Positions 41,259 to 51,504 of a stretch of DNA of 64,000 nt are shown here, piece by piece; position 1 is the stretch's first letter, and each line of letters opens with the position of its first letter. The position numbers and the translations under genes were made by a program. The stretch comes from an uncultured bacterium (GTDB lineage Bacteria; Hydrothermota; UBA3073; NMUJ01; CBEVQO01). Location of the stretch: positions 192,001-256,000 of the forward strand of contig CBEVQO010000001.1 in assembly GCA_965552055.1 (NCBI GenBank). The letters are read 5' to 3'. The notes beneath the pieces are model-generated. The model was given only the letters and a program-made list of their open reading frames with translations, made no database searches and was not told the DNA's origin.

Positions 41259-42046
41259 TGAAGCGTGTGTTGATTGCGTTTATTATTCTGTATATAGTAG
41301 GCGGATGCGGTAAGAAGGAAGAAGGAGTATCCACCGAAGATGCAAAGGGTATTGCGCAATCCGTTGCGTCATTCACACAGGATATGGCGGGTAAGGCATC
41401 AGAACCTGCAAACTTCACACCATCTTCTCCTATAAAGGGTGGAATAACAACACAGGGCAACATGACAGACCAAGATAAAGATGGAATAACAGTCAGCGGA
41501 AAATGGATTTTTGATATCGATACAACGCTCTTAGGAGTGCATTATCTTATGAAAGGTGAAATCACACACGATGACTCAATCCTGGGAGATGACTCCGACC
41601 CATTCAAATGGCACATTATAATCGGTAACGGAAATTATTTTATAATGGAAACAATGGGTTACAAAATCAGGATGAAAGGCGAAGTTATAGCATCTCATCA
41701 GAATAATACTTACACTTTACAATTTAAGGATTTCTGCTACGATTTCACACTGGATACACTTCAAGCAGCTATTTCATATAACTTGACTTATTCAATAACA
41801 CCCAAAAATGTAAACTGGCAACCAGGTAATGCATTAACAGAAGCAAATATATCAATATCTGGCGAAATGTCATATCCAAATATAAATTATGCAATAACAA
41901 TAGAAACCACTAAAGAACTTCATTACAACTCAGGTAAAATTGACGATGGAATAATCGAAATAACGATAAATAACACTAAAGTAACGATAGAGTATCAATC
42001 GGATGGTAATTATGTAATTAAATTAAATGGCAAAATAATTTCATAA
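41255..42046 (+). CDS. Hypothetical lipoprotein
   Basis: Signal peptide with lipobox-like VGGC; beta-rich. Confidence 0.75.
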   Translation: MMKRVLIAFIILYIVGGCGKKEEGVSTEDAKGIAQSVASFTQDMAGKASEPANFTPSSPIKGGITTQGNMTDQDKDGITVSGKWIFDIDTTLLGVHYLMKGEITHDDSILGDDSDPFKWHIIIGNGNYFIMETMGYKIRMKGEVIASHQNNTYTLQFKDFCYDFTLDTLQAAISYNLTYSITPKNVNWQPGNALTEANISISGEMSYPNINYAITIETTKELHYNSGKIDDGIIEITINNTKVTIEYQSDGNYVIKLNGKIIS

Positions 42047-42055
42047 GGAGGTGGT

Positions 42056-43417
42056 ATGAAAGTAAATCCTTTCATTTTCAGGAGCTATGACATTAGGGGA
42101 GTAGCTGATGCCGACCTTACTGATGAGGTTTGTTATGCTATCGGCAGGGCTTATGGCACACTACTCAGGCGCGAAAACCTTAAAAAAATAACCCTAGGTA
42201 GAGATGTAAGATTATCATCTCCTCGCATACATGATGCACTGCTTAAAGGACTTCTTGATGCTGGACTCCATGTTATAGATGTAGGAATGGTGCCTACCCC
42301 CCTTCTTTACTTTTCTATCTTTCATCTTGATACCGATGGCGGAATACAGATAACAGGTAGCCATAATCCCGCAGAATACAATGGATTCAAAATATGCAAA
42401 GGAAAAGAAACGATGCATGGAGAAGAAATTCAGGAGTTAAGGAAAATCATTGAGCAAGAAAAATTTGTCAAAGGCAAAGGCAAAGTAGAAGAAAGGGATA
42501 TCGTTGAAGATTACATAACTGAGATTAAGCGAAGGATAAGGGTTAAGCGTGCACAAAAAGTTGTTATAGACCCTGGGAACGGCACATGCGGACCCATTGC
42601 CAAGCGTCTTTTCGAAGAATTTGGATGCGAAGTAGAATGCATGAACTGCGAGCCCGATGGAAATTTCCCTGCACATTTGCCCGACCCCACAATCGTCGAA
42701 TTTATAAAAGATTTGCAGAAAAGAGTGGTTGATGGTGGATTTGACTTTGGAATAGGATATGATGGTGATGGCGATAGAATAGGTGTCATTGATGACAAGG
42801 GGAATATCATCTGGGGTGATAGATTGCTTGCACTTTATTCGCGTAAAGTTTTAAAGGAAAATCCAGGTGCACCTATAATTTTCGAAGTGAAATGCTCTGA
42901 AGCCCTTGTTGAATATATACAGAAACTCGGAGGCAAACCTGTTATGTGGAAAACAGGGCATTCGTGGATAAAAGCGAAGATGAAAGAGTTAAATGCACCT
43001 CTTGCTGGCGAAATGTCAGGTCACATGTTTTTCGCAGATAATTACTATGGATTTGACGATGCCATATTTGCTTCGATGAGATTACTTGAAATCGTATCAC
43101 AGGAAGGAAAACCTTTATCCGAGCTTGTTTCGGAAATACCTTACTATCATTCAACTCCCGAAATAAGAATAGATTCATCTGATGAGAAAAAGTTTGAAAT
43201 AGTTGAAAGATTGAAAAAGTTGTATAAAGAAAAAGGTTTTGACACAATAGATATAGATGGTGTGAGAATAAAATTTCCATCTGGATGGGGGCTTGTGCGT
43301 GCATCAAACACTCAACCCGTACTTGTGCTGCGATTCGAAGGCAAAACAGAGGAAGATTTGAAAAAAATCAGAGAAGAAGTAGAGGGAAATCTCAAAAAAA
43401 TAATGCAAGAAATTTAA
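42056..43417 (+). CDS. Phosphomannomutase/phosphoglucomutase (AlgC-like)
   Basis: IFRSYDIRG, TGSHNP, DGDGDR, GEMSGH, VRASNTQP. Confidence 0.96.
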   Translation: MKVNPFIFRSYDIRGVADADLTDEVCYAIGRAYGTLLRRENLKKITLGRDVRLSSPRIHDALLKGLLDAGLHVIDVGMVPTPLLYFSIFHLDTDGGIQITGSHNPAEYNGFKICKGKETMHGEEIQELRKIIEQEKFVKGKGKVEERDIVEDYITEIKRRIRVKRAQKVVIDPGNGTCGPIAKRLFEEFGCEVECMNCEPDGNFPAHLPDPTIVEFIKDLQKRVVDGGFDFGIGYDGDGDRIGVIDDKGNIIWGDRLLALYSRKVLKENPGAPIIFEVKCSEALVEYIQKLGGKPVMWKTGHSWIKAKMKELNAPLAGEMSGHMFFADNYYGFDDAIFASMRLLEIVSQEGKPLSELVSEIPYYHSTPEIRIDSSDEKKFEIVERLKKLYKEKGFDTIDIDGVRIKFPSGWGLVRASNTQPVLVLRFEGKTEEDLKKIREEVEGNLKKIMQEI

Positions 43418-43444
43418 GGAGGTTGTAATAAGAGTGAGGCAGGC

Positions 43445-44206
43445 ATGAGAAAATTTACAGGACTTGTAGTATTTGCTTTTATAATTTCTCTCTTTATAAA
43501 ATGTGGAGCACCTGTTAAAATCTCTTTATCATGTGCTGATTCCGTGGTATCCGGTATTTGCACCGTCTGGGTTGATGTAACCTTCACAGAAGATGTGACC
43601 GATGCTTATTTTTATGTTGATAATCAAATTGCTGGACAAAAATCCGGCTATTACCTCGACTTTCCCCTTGCTTTCGAATGGAACACCATTTATTTTGCAG
43701 ACGGAGAACATTCATTAAAGGTTTCTGTAACATATTACACTGATGGAACAGAGGAAGAAAGATTTTCAAATGTTTTGAAAGTTACGACGAAAAACAGCCC
43801 AAAAATTGATTCAAATTTAATTGAAAATTCAAGTTTTGAGAATGGAGATATAGGATGGGATATATTCAATGCAAGGGTAATTTCACAAAATCCCCATTCA
43901 GGTAATAGATGTCTTTTCATTGAACCGGAAGAAGATGCAGAAGCTTATCAGGATAAGAAAATTCATGCAGAAAAATCACACAAATATTTGGTTTCTTTAT
44001 GGTATAAAGGCAACGGTGCAAAAGTATGTATATACTTTGAGACGGGAAGTCCCATAGAAAAATCCCTTTCCATAAGCGATACCTGGACTTTTTATGATTT
44101 TACATTTTCTCCATCAAAAGATGTAGATGTGATTTACAAATTTGGAATAGAAGGCTGGGGCGACACATGCTACATTGACGATATCCAGTTTAAAAGGATA
44201 AAGTAA
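43445..44206 (+). CDS. Exported protein with Ig-like and CBM4/9-like domains
   Basis: Signal peptide ending IKC; WNT..FADGEHSL; NLIENSSFE...YIDDI. Confidence 0.7.
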   Translation: MRKFTGLVVFAFIISLFIKCGAPVKISLSCADSVVSGICTVWVDVTFTEDVTDAYFYVDNQIAGQKSGYYLDFPLAFEWNTIYFADGEHSLKVSVTYYTDGTEEERFSNVLKVTTKNSPKIDSNLIENSSFENGDIGWDIFNARVISQNPHSGNRCLFIEPEEDAEAYQDKKIHAEKSHKYLVSLWYKGNGAKVCIYFETGSPIEKSLSISDTWTFYDFTFSPSKDVDVIYKFGIEGWGDTCYIDDIQFKRIK

Positions 44207-44234
44207 ATTTATACCCATTCTGCTGCATAAAAAT

Positions 44235-45128
44235 TTAATAAACTTCACCCCAGCCGTAGCCCACCATCCGCTTTGCACCTATACCCAACTCCTCTAACGC
44301 TTTTTTAACCAATAACGCCGCTTTTTCTAACAAATTATTATCATTTGATAAGAGAAATATTTTGAAAATAGAACCTTCTTCGACACAGAGAAAAGGAATA
44401 GGTACAGGTGTTTGCCAATCAGCAGGAGGCTCATTTGAAGAATAATACATAGGAAAATGTGGTGTCATTACATCAATACCTATTTTTAGATTTTCTGGAT
44501 AAGCATCTAAAAAAATGATTTTTCCTTCCTCTTTTTGTGTACCAAAGATTTGTTTGGCTTCTTTTGCGGTTATTCTTTTCCCTATATTTTCCTCTATCTT
44601 ATAATTTTCTATTTTCTTTTTTAATTCTTCGTTTCTCTTTAATTCTTCATTATCTTCTAAAAATTTTTTTATATTATTCACATCTTCTCGATTTTCAGTA
44701 GCAAATTCCAAAATAGTAAAATTCCTGGTAACCCCTTTTACTGCGCTTCCGGGCAAGTAGGGTATCCCGTAGATATGATGCAACAAAATCGAAGTCTCCT
44801 CAGGATGAGATGCCCCCAATCCTATTACCATCCTGGATTTCAGAACAAATTTTAATGACTTTTGTCTATAAGTTAACTTTCCTAATTTTTCAATAATTTC
44901 TTTTCGTTTTTTTATTAACGCCTCTTTTTTCTCATTCTTAAAATAAGTTTCTATATTCTCTTTAACTTTGTTAAGATGTTCCCTTTTCTGCTTTTTTCTC
45001 ACATCAAACATATATCTTGAAAACAGAAGCGAAGGATTTACATATTTTTTTGAATCATGCCATTTTTTTATAATTTCATTCTCTATAATTCTCGCCGTGT
45101 CTTTTGGAAGGGTAAATTTATTTGGCAT
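44235..45128 (-). CDS. cmr6: Type III-B RAMP Cmr6
   Basis: GLG, YGIPYLPGSAVKG, IFGT, DVMTPH, GIGAKRMVGYG; start moved to MPNKF (overlaps cmr5 stop). Confidence 0.95.
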   Translation of the reverse strand: MPNKFTLPKDTARIIENEIIKKWHDSKKYVNPSLLFSRYMFDVRKKQKREHLNKVKENIETYFKNEKKEALIKKRKEIIEKLGKLTYRQKSLKFVLKSRMVIGLGASHPEETSILLHHIYGIPYLPGSAVKGVTRNFTILEFATENREDVNNIKKFLEDNEELKRNEELKKKIENYKIEENIGKRITAKEAKQIFGTQKEEGKIIFLDAYPENLKIGIDVMTPHFPMYYSSNEPPADWQTPVPIPFLCVEEGSIFKIFLLSNDNNLLEKAALLVKKALEELGIGAKRMVGYGWGEVY

Positions 45129-45529
45129 TATTCCTCCTTCTTTAGCATCCCTTCTGCGAATCTTTTTAACCACCAAAGAAATGCCATAATCTCGGATGTA
45201 ATAATTCTATATTCAGTAGAATCAGAGCTGATTATCCAATCTATTAATTCCTTATTATTGGGGCATTTTTTACTTATAGCTTGTTGTTTCATATATTCTG
45301 ATAGATGTTCATAAAGTCTCTTATAAACCCTTTTCTCGAGTGAATCTTCGCCTTTCTTTGAGCAAACAAAAGCAATAGCGTTACCGAGTCCGCAACTCAA
45401 AATTAAAGGAGGCAATTTTTCAACATAGCTCCTATATTTAGATTGAAAAGAAGCACTTTCTTTTGTGATTTCTTTAACTTTCTCGTATGCAAATTTTGCC
45501 CTCCCTTCTTCAATACCTTTTACACTCAT
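45128..45529 (-). CDS. cmr5: Type III-B small subunit Cmr5
   Basis: RAKFAY, YRSYVEKLPPLILSCGLG, WLKRFAEG. Confidence 0.93.
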   Translation of the reverse strand: MSVKGIEEGRAKFAYEKVKEITKESASFQSKYRSYVEKLPPLILSCGLGNAIAFVCSKKGEDSLEKRVYKRLYEHLSEYMKQQAISKKCPNNKELIDWIISSDSTEYRIITSEIMAFLWWLKRFAEGMLKKEE

Positions 45530-46539
45530 TTTCCCCCCTCTTTAAACCATTCAATCCTTACTATACCCTTTCCTATAGTTTGATTCCCTCCTATCTGTAA
45601 AATTTCGGGCATACCTTGCTTAATAAACTTTTCTATATTTTCAACTTCCTTTCCCGGCTCGCTCTCTCTTAGACATTCAAATTTCTCCTCCTTTTCTTTC
45701 TCTTCTTCTTTCTTTTTAGAAATCATTAAAGGTGAGTACAGTGCAATAGAATAAAGAATGGTATTTTCGGGTAAATATTCCTCATACCATGGCCCTTCTT
45801 CCACTGTGCCTTTTTCTGGCGAAACTTTTATTCTTGTGATTATTTCAGTAGATTCTTTAACAAAATGTTTAAACTCATCCCTATCGATTATAATAATATC
45901 TTTTTTCATTTTTTCTCTTATATATTGATAAGCTGTATTCGGGAATATTTGCTCTGAGAAAAACTCAGATAAACTTTTCACATCATCATTTTTATTCACA
46001 TTTAAAGTAAATTCTTCTAAAATTATTTTATTATCTTCTACCATTAAATCACATTCCGTGGAGACTGTGTTTTTTAGTAAATTCCAGTCCTTATTAAGCT
46101 CATCAGGGCAATTTCCTTTTATCACCTTCAAATCTTTTTTGAACCTCTCCAGCACATAGGGGCAAGTAATCCATGCAAAAATTCCCTTTAGTGATTTTAC
46201 GGGGAAAAACAAAATCCTTGCTTCTGTAAATGCTACTGCACTCGCATGATCAGGATTTTCCCAAGGTCCAAATATTAAATCTATGCACTTTTCCCAGTTT
46301 CCTTCATTTATGCAATTAAACTTTTCTTTTACTTTATTTAAGGGACTATTTGAACCTTTTAATTTCAAAAACGCCTCTCTAATAGCGCCCTTTAAAGTAG
46401 AGGACTCAATCTTCGGAAAATCTGTTGTCTTTTCTCTCTGAATAGGAAGGTCGACTACTCCGACTTCTGTCCCAGCTCCCGCATGCAAAGGCGTCTCCAC
46501 TATTATAAAGAAAATATCACCCTTTAAAAACATCCTCAC
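45526..46539 (-). CDS. cmr4: Type III-B RAMP Cmr4
   Basis: ETPLHAGAG..VDLPIQRE, SSTLKGAIR, WYEEYLP, QIGGNQTIGKG. Confidence 0.96.
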   Translation of the reverse strand: MRMFLKGDIFFIIVETPLHAGAGTEVGVVDLPIQREKTTDFPKIESSTLKGAIREAFLKLKGSNSPLNKVKEKFNCINEGNWEKCIDLIFGPWENPDHASAVAFTEARILFFPVKSLKGIFAWITCPYVLERFKKDLKVIKGNCPDELNKDWNLLKNTVSTECDLMVEDNKIILEEFTLNVNKNDDVKSLSEFFSEQIFPNTAYQYIREKMKKDIIIIDRDEFKHFVKESTEIITRIKVSPEKGTVEEGPWYEEYLPENTILYSIALYSPLMISKKKEEEKEKEEKFECLRESEPGKEVENIEKFIKQGMPEILQIGGNQTIGKGIVRIEWFKEGGK

Positions 46540-47786
46540 CTCCTTCTAATTCGAGGAAATTTAACTGCCTCAAAATCAAGTTTTCCTAATTTACTGCCAT
46601 ATTCTTTAACTTTTTGCGATGCGTTTTCGTAGCTTTCTTTATCTACAGGGATAAAACCGTGTGCCAAAATTGAATAGTTCCTCTTTTGCAATATCATTTT
46701 TATCTTCTTATCGTTACAAAATTCTGTGGCTATGTCTTCTCCTAAATCTTTAAGGAGCTCAAATAAATTCTGCAATCCTAATATAATCCTTCCATTTTTC
46801 TCGTATTTTTCATACTTTTTTATTATATTCGAAGGAATTTTGCTTTTGTCAATTTCAACTCTGCCATTTTGTTTATCGATTTTTAATATGGAGTGCTGAT
46901 AAGCCAATATCTGTGCAATGTATTCAAGAGCGCGATAGAGACGAGCCATGGCATCATCATATTTACCTTTATTTGCCCTTCTTTCAGCATTTTCCAATAA
47001 ATCTGCCAATCTCTCTATGCAAAAAGGTTCTTTTTTCTCTTTCTCCAAAACCGAAATATTTTTTTGGCGACGCTTTTTAATACCCCATTTATGTAAGATG
47101 TTTTCATCGATTTCCGATGAAGTTAGTTCCCTGTATGCTTTTTCAAAATCAAATCTATCCCATGCTGAGTAACCTTCGGCTAATTTTTTCAAAATCCTAA
47201 TTTCTTTCAATATTTCTTCTTCTTTTATGATTTCTTCCACTTCTTCGCATAATCTTTTACACTCCTCATAATTACATGAATTAAATGCTTCTTTCGCTTT
47301 TTCTAATAGTTCATCTGCATAAATTTTATTAGGTGTAAGTGTGTACATCCTTTCTGTGCCCGACTTTACTCTTCCATGTTCTTTATCTCTTTCTCCTGTT
47401 ACATATATAAGTGCATCTACTTTCTCTTTTATCCCAGCCCATACTGCACCTGCTGACATCGCTTTCGTACCACTTGTAAAATCAATCGTCACCGTATTAT
47501 AACCTTCTTTGTTTTTATTGATTATTTCCCTGATTTTTTCTGCTATTTTTTCTACATCATCTTCCTTTTCTAACTTTTCTTCTTTGTATTCATACTCATT
47601 TTCTATTTCTCGCACAATTTCTTCCAATTTTTTCTTGCTTTCCTCTGTTATCAAGAAAACGATGAAATCAGGGCTTGATTGACGAATTGAGTATACAATA
47701 CCATGTTCTATTCCCCTGCCCGTCCCTACAGTAATAAACATTATTTTTTTCTTTTTTACTTCATTTTTATTTTTCCCATTAGACAT
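46536..47786 (-). CDS. CARF-HEPN effector (TIGR02710-like)
   Basis: FITVGTG, DFTSGTKAMSAG (CARF); YDDAMARLYRALE; C-terminal RNYSILAHG. Confidence 0.88.
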   Translation of the reverse strand: MSNGKNKNEVKKKKIMFITVGTGRGIEHGIVYSIRQSSPDFIVFLITEESKKKLEEIVREIENEYEYKEEKLEKEDDVEKIAEKIREIINKNKEGYNTVTIDFTSGTKAMSAGAVWAGIKEKVDALIYVTGERDKEHGRVKSGTERMYTLTPNKIYADELLEKAKEAFNSCNYEECKRLCEEVEEIIKEEEILKEIRILKKLAEGYSAWDRFDFEKAYRELTSSEIDENILHKWGIKKRRQKNISVLEKEKKEPFCIERLADLLENAERRANKGKYDDAMARLYRALEYIAQILAYQHSILKIDKQNGRVEIDKSKIPSNIIKKYEKYEKNGRIILGLQNLFELLKDLGEDIATEFCNDKKIKMILQKRNYSILAHGFIPVDKESYENASQKVKEYGSKLGKLDFEAVKFPRIRRR

Positions 47787-48883
47787 AGCCCAAATCCTTC
47801 TTTTTCAAATTTGTCAGAAATGCATCTTAAATTTAACTCTTTCTTTATATCCGATATATTCCCTCTTTTTATTTTAAAGTATAATACGCTACCAGCAGGT
47901 ATTGCTTTATAAATTGCAGATGAATGCACTCGCCCTGCTTTCAAACGCAAACGCGGAACATTTATCGGCTTACCTATTACTCCTCCTATAAATTGAATTT
48001 CCATGCCTTTTTCTCTTAAACTTTTCATAAATCTCGATTCTTCAGAAGACCAGCCTTTTTCAAAAATTCCCGGAGTGATAAAATATAATTTAAAATATTC
48101 CTCATCGCCCTCAAATTGTACACATTCATCTAATTCTTTGAAAATATCTTTATCGATCACTTCGATCACTTTATAAAAACACGCTTTGGACTCTCCACCC
48201 AGTTTTAAAAATCCTTTATTATTCTCAAATTTTTCTAACCCCTCTATTTTTACCACATATTTTGTATTTTCCTTCAATCTTATGTATTCTATTCTGTAAA
48301 GCATGCCTTCTTTTGCTGTTAAAGTTTCAACATCTCTGGCTATGCCTATCTTCGGTTCTTTTTCATAAAATTCTTCTAATTTCTTTACATCAATTTCATC
48401 TCCTTCCAGGTTTAAATAATTTACTAAATTCTCTTTCGATATAAAACCCACAGGTTCTTTTATCCATTCTCTCCCCTTAAATACCCCCGTATATTTTTCC
48501 TTAATGCTTTCCTCTGTTTCAAACCATTTGCTTATTTTCTCTATTTCAGCAAAATAAAAAACCTTTTCTACTTTTTCTTTTTGATACAAATCTAAAGGAA
48601 CAGGGAAATAATAATCCTTTTCTTTCTTTATCACAGGACCTTTTATCTCCATTGTGCCGTATCCTCCTGGGTCACCTAAATCTTTATCAAATTTGAAACC
48701 CGGATTTTGAGCTGCTCTTAGACCTGCTCTTTGATTAATTATCGCCATTTTTATAGCACCATAGAAGGTTGAAGGGAGTGGCAAAATACTTTCACTCCAG
48801 TTAACATAAGAACCCCTCTCAAATCTCCTGCCAGAACCAAAGAAAAGAGTGTCAAAAGGCATTATCTCAATCACTATATCCAT
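47756..48883 (-). CDS. cmr3: Type III-B RAMP Cmr3
   Basis: PFDTLFFGSGRRF, PLPSTFYGA, KIGIAR, KLGGE, AIPAGSVLY, GFG. Confidence 0.93.
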   Translation of the reverse strand: MDIVIEIMPFDTLFFGSGRRFERGSYVNWSESILPLPSTFYGAIKMAIINQRAGLRAAQNPGFKFDKDLGDPGGYGTMEIKGPVIKKEKDYYFPVPLDLYQKEKVEKVFYFAEIEKISKWFETEESIKEKYTGVFKGREWIKEPVGFISKENLVNYLNLEGDEIDVKKLEEFYEKEPKIGIARDVETLTAKEGMLYRIEYIRLKENTKYVVKIEGLEKFENNKGFLKLGGESKACFYKVIEVIDKDIFKELDECVQFEGDEEYFKLYFITPGIFEKGWSSEESRFMKSLREKGMEIQFIGGVIGKPINVPRLRLKAGRVHSSAIYKAIPAGSVLYFKIKRGNISDIKKELNLRCISDKFEKEGFGLCLMGKIKMK

Positions 48884-51494
48884 AGCTTCTCCTTTCAGCA
48901 ACCTCTACTATCACCCTCAATAAATTAATAAATTCTTCGAAATTTCTCATATAATCGTATAATTTAAACAATTCTTTAATTTTATTTTTATCCTCCTTCG
49001 CTTCTTCTTTCAAATGACGCTTCACCATTCGCTCTAATAAAGTTCCGAGCAACTCTTTATCTTTTATATCTTTTATCTGTTTCGTCTCCTCCGCAAGTTG
49101 ATAAATAAAGCGCTTCGATATTTCCCCTTCTTTAAATATCTCTGTCACATCTTTTATTATCTCCATAGCATCAAAATTTATTTTCGCTTTTTCTTCGTTT
49201 ATTTCTGTTTCTAAAAATTTAAACCTCGTTATTCTTATACTGCCCGAATGCTTCATTAGTGCAATAGCACATGCATTTTTCCCTTCTAACTCCTTAGCAT
49301 AATCGAGCATCTGTGTCGCTTGAGATATTACCAATTTTAAAGGTGTTTTATAATGAGCAATAACTGCACCGCATGACAGAGTGGATGTCGGACCCATGGT
49401 TAAAATAAGCTTCTCCTCTTTCTCATCTTCCACATATCCATCCGTTTCTTTTGTGAGTTCTATTTCTCCATTACCATTGATTTCACAGAAACCTGAAAAA
49501 GAAAGTCGCAACTTATGGATTACATCAAATAAATCCCTCAGATTTACAAATGCAAGCAGGTCATCGCCCCCGGCATAAACAACTTTGCCAAGGTGCTCCT
49601 TTTCAATTATCTTTATAACAAATTCAATTGCGAAATTTCTTAAAGCAGTAGAAATAGCAGAATGTATTGCTGGAGTTAGCAATCTTTTACCATTGCCAAT
49701 TTTCTTAAATGCCTCGGGATACTCCCAGCCAATTTCTCTAAATTGATTTAGTATATCCGGATGATACACCTTTAAAACATCGGGCAATTTCTCACCGGAA
49801 AGCCATTTTTTCATGTCATCTGCATCCATTTTTATAAGAGCATAATAAGGGGTTGGTAGCATTCCCGCTTTTTCACGCAAGTTTTTTAAACTTTCCCTTA
49901 ATCTTGTAATTTCCTCTTTCTTTACTTCTCTGCCTGTTTCTTCCTCTAATCTCCTATCATTCAAATTTTCCTCGTAAAAGAACTCCATATTAACGCAATT
50001 TTTCCCTTTTATCCTTGGAAGATACCTGTCCGTATCTGCTTTAACCCCCAATTTTTTAAGCTGTTGCACATAATTTTGAAATTCTGGTTTCCCTTCTACT
50101 TTTTCAATAAAATCAGCAGCGGCTACAGAAGCAGTAGAAGGAAAAGCAATTCCCTTATTTCTGGCGTAATTCCTCTTAAAATAGCATAGCCAGCATAATT
50201 CCTCGTCCCCCTCTGCTTTTCTTTCGCCACAAACTATGCAAGTTTTATTTTTATATGTATCTTCTTTTTGAAAATCAAAATTCCTCAATTGTTTCCTCAT
50301 TCCCATTCCTTTTTCAGCTGCGGTATAAAGGAGAGGATAAAGAACTCCGGTATTGGGTGGGAATTGTGCATTACTTAGTATCCAGTTCAGAAAAGTTTCC
50401 CAATCTTTAAGATAATCTTCATCGAATAAGCACGATAATTTTCCAATTTGATCATGGAGTTCTTTTATCTTTTCTTTTTCCTCTTTTTTAAAAGTTATTA
50501 ACTTTATTGGCAAAGCAATCCAATAAACTTCGGGATAATTTTTTAATTCAATCTCCCTTTCTACACATTTCTTAATTTCTTCTTTTAAAAAGTCCTCTAA
50601 CTTTTTCTCAATATTTTTTATTTCACTCAATCCATCTGATGGTATTAATGCAACGAATCTATTTGGAATCGTAGGAATATCCCAATACTCCCTCATTTCT
50701 GCTTCCTCTGCACGAATTACACCTCCTATTCCCTCTTCACGGCTATATAAATATCTCTCCATTAAAGGTTGATCTTTCAAATCCGGATAAATTATGCATT
50801 GGGGACCATATTTTTCAATTATAGGTTTCATTGCTTCAAAAGTTAACCTTGATATTAAATAACTGCTTGCGTAAAAGTCAATGGTTTTGCGTGATTGTTG
50901 AATAAAGGATTGTACAGGACCTATTGCTACTATCACTAAATACATTTCAGGACAAGTAAGAGCAGAAGTTGCCTTTAAATGATGCCATATACTATGGTCA
51001 GGAACCCTTGTATCAGCCGGTAAAACCTCCCAATATTCTTTCATATTTCCGCCTATTTCCCTCAACTTTTTCTCATAATACCACCACAGATATAAAAATG
51101 CAAAACGAGGGTCTTTTTGAGTTCCTATTATTCCTCTTATTTCTTGGACAATTTGATTTAAAGCATTTTGAAGTGTTTGTTGTAAATTTTGCAAATTAAC
51201 ATTACTTAAGAGAAGGCTTTTCTTAATACCCGAAAGAGGATGAACTATTATATATCTTTGCTGAAAATGTACAGCTGTATTTGGTGGCAATAATCCTCTT
51301 TCCATTGCAGAAGCAATTTGATCTTCACAGTCATACCTCAATTCAAAACCCTGTTGATGACCCGGTGGATTTTGCAAAAACTGTGCTAAATTTTGAAAAT
51401 ATTGAAATGCACGCTGCCTGTGGCCCGGTATCTGAAAACATTTATCTACAGGGTCATGCATATATTTTATTATGACTTCGTCAAAGAAGTCCAT
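48867..51494 (-). CDS. cas10: Cas10/Cmr2 with intact GGDD cyclase palm
   Basis: HDPVDK, PADTRVPDHSIWHHL, IGPVQSFI, CIVC..CWLC, MDADDM, VVYAGGDDLL. Confidence 0.96.
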   Translation of the reverse strand: MDFFDEVIIKYMHDPVDKCFQIPGHRQRAFQYFQNLAQFLQNPPGHQQGFELRYDCEDQIASAMERGLLPPNTAVHFQQRYIIVHPLSGIKKSLLLSNVNLQNLQQTLQNALNQIVQEIRGIIGTQKDPRFAFLYLWWYYEKKLREIGGNMKEYWEVLPADTRVPDHSIWHHLKATSALTCPEMYLVIVAIGPVQSFIQQSRKTIDFYASSYLISRLTFEAMKPIIEKYGPQCIIYPDLKDQPLMERYLYSREEGIGGVIRAEEAEMREYWDIPTIPNRFVALIPSDGLSEIKNIEKKLEDFLKEEIKKCVEREIELKNYPEVYWIALPIKLITFKKEEKEKIKELHDQIGKLSCLFDEDYLKDWETFLNWILSNAQFPPNTGVLYPLLYTAAEKGMGMRKQLRNFDFQKEDTYKNKTCIVCGERKAEGDEELCWLCYFKRNYARNKGIAFPSTASVAAADFIEKVEGKPEFQNYVQQLKKLGVKADTDRYLPRIKGKNCVNMEFFYEENLNDRRLEEETGREVKKEEITRLRESLKNLREKAGMLPTPYYALIKMDADDMKKWLSGEKLPDVLKVYHPDILNQFREIGWEYPEAFKKIGNGKRLLTPAIHSAISTALRNFAIEFVIKIIEKEHLGKVVYAGGDDLLAFVNLRDLFDVIHKLRLSFSGFCEINGNGEIELTKETDGYVEDEKEEKLILTMGPTSTLSCGAVIAHYKTPLKLVISQATQMLDYAKELEGKNACAIALMKHSGSIRITRFKFLETEINEEKAKINFDAMEIIKDVTEIFKEGEISKRFIYQLAEETKQIKDIKDKELLGTLLERMVKRHLKEEAKEDKNKIKELFKLYDYMRNFEEFINLLRVIVEVAERRSYGYSD

Positions 51495-51504
51495 TAAGAC
51501 CCCC

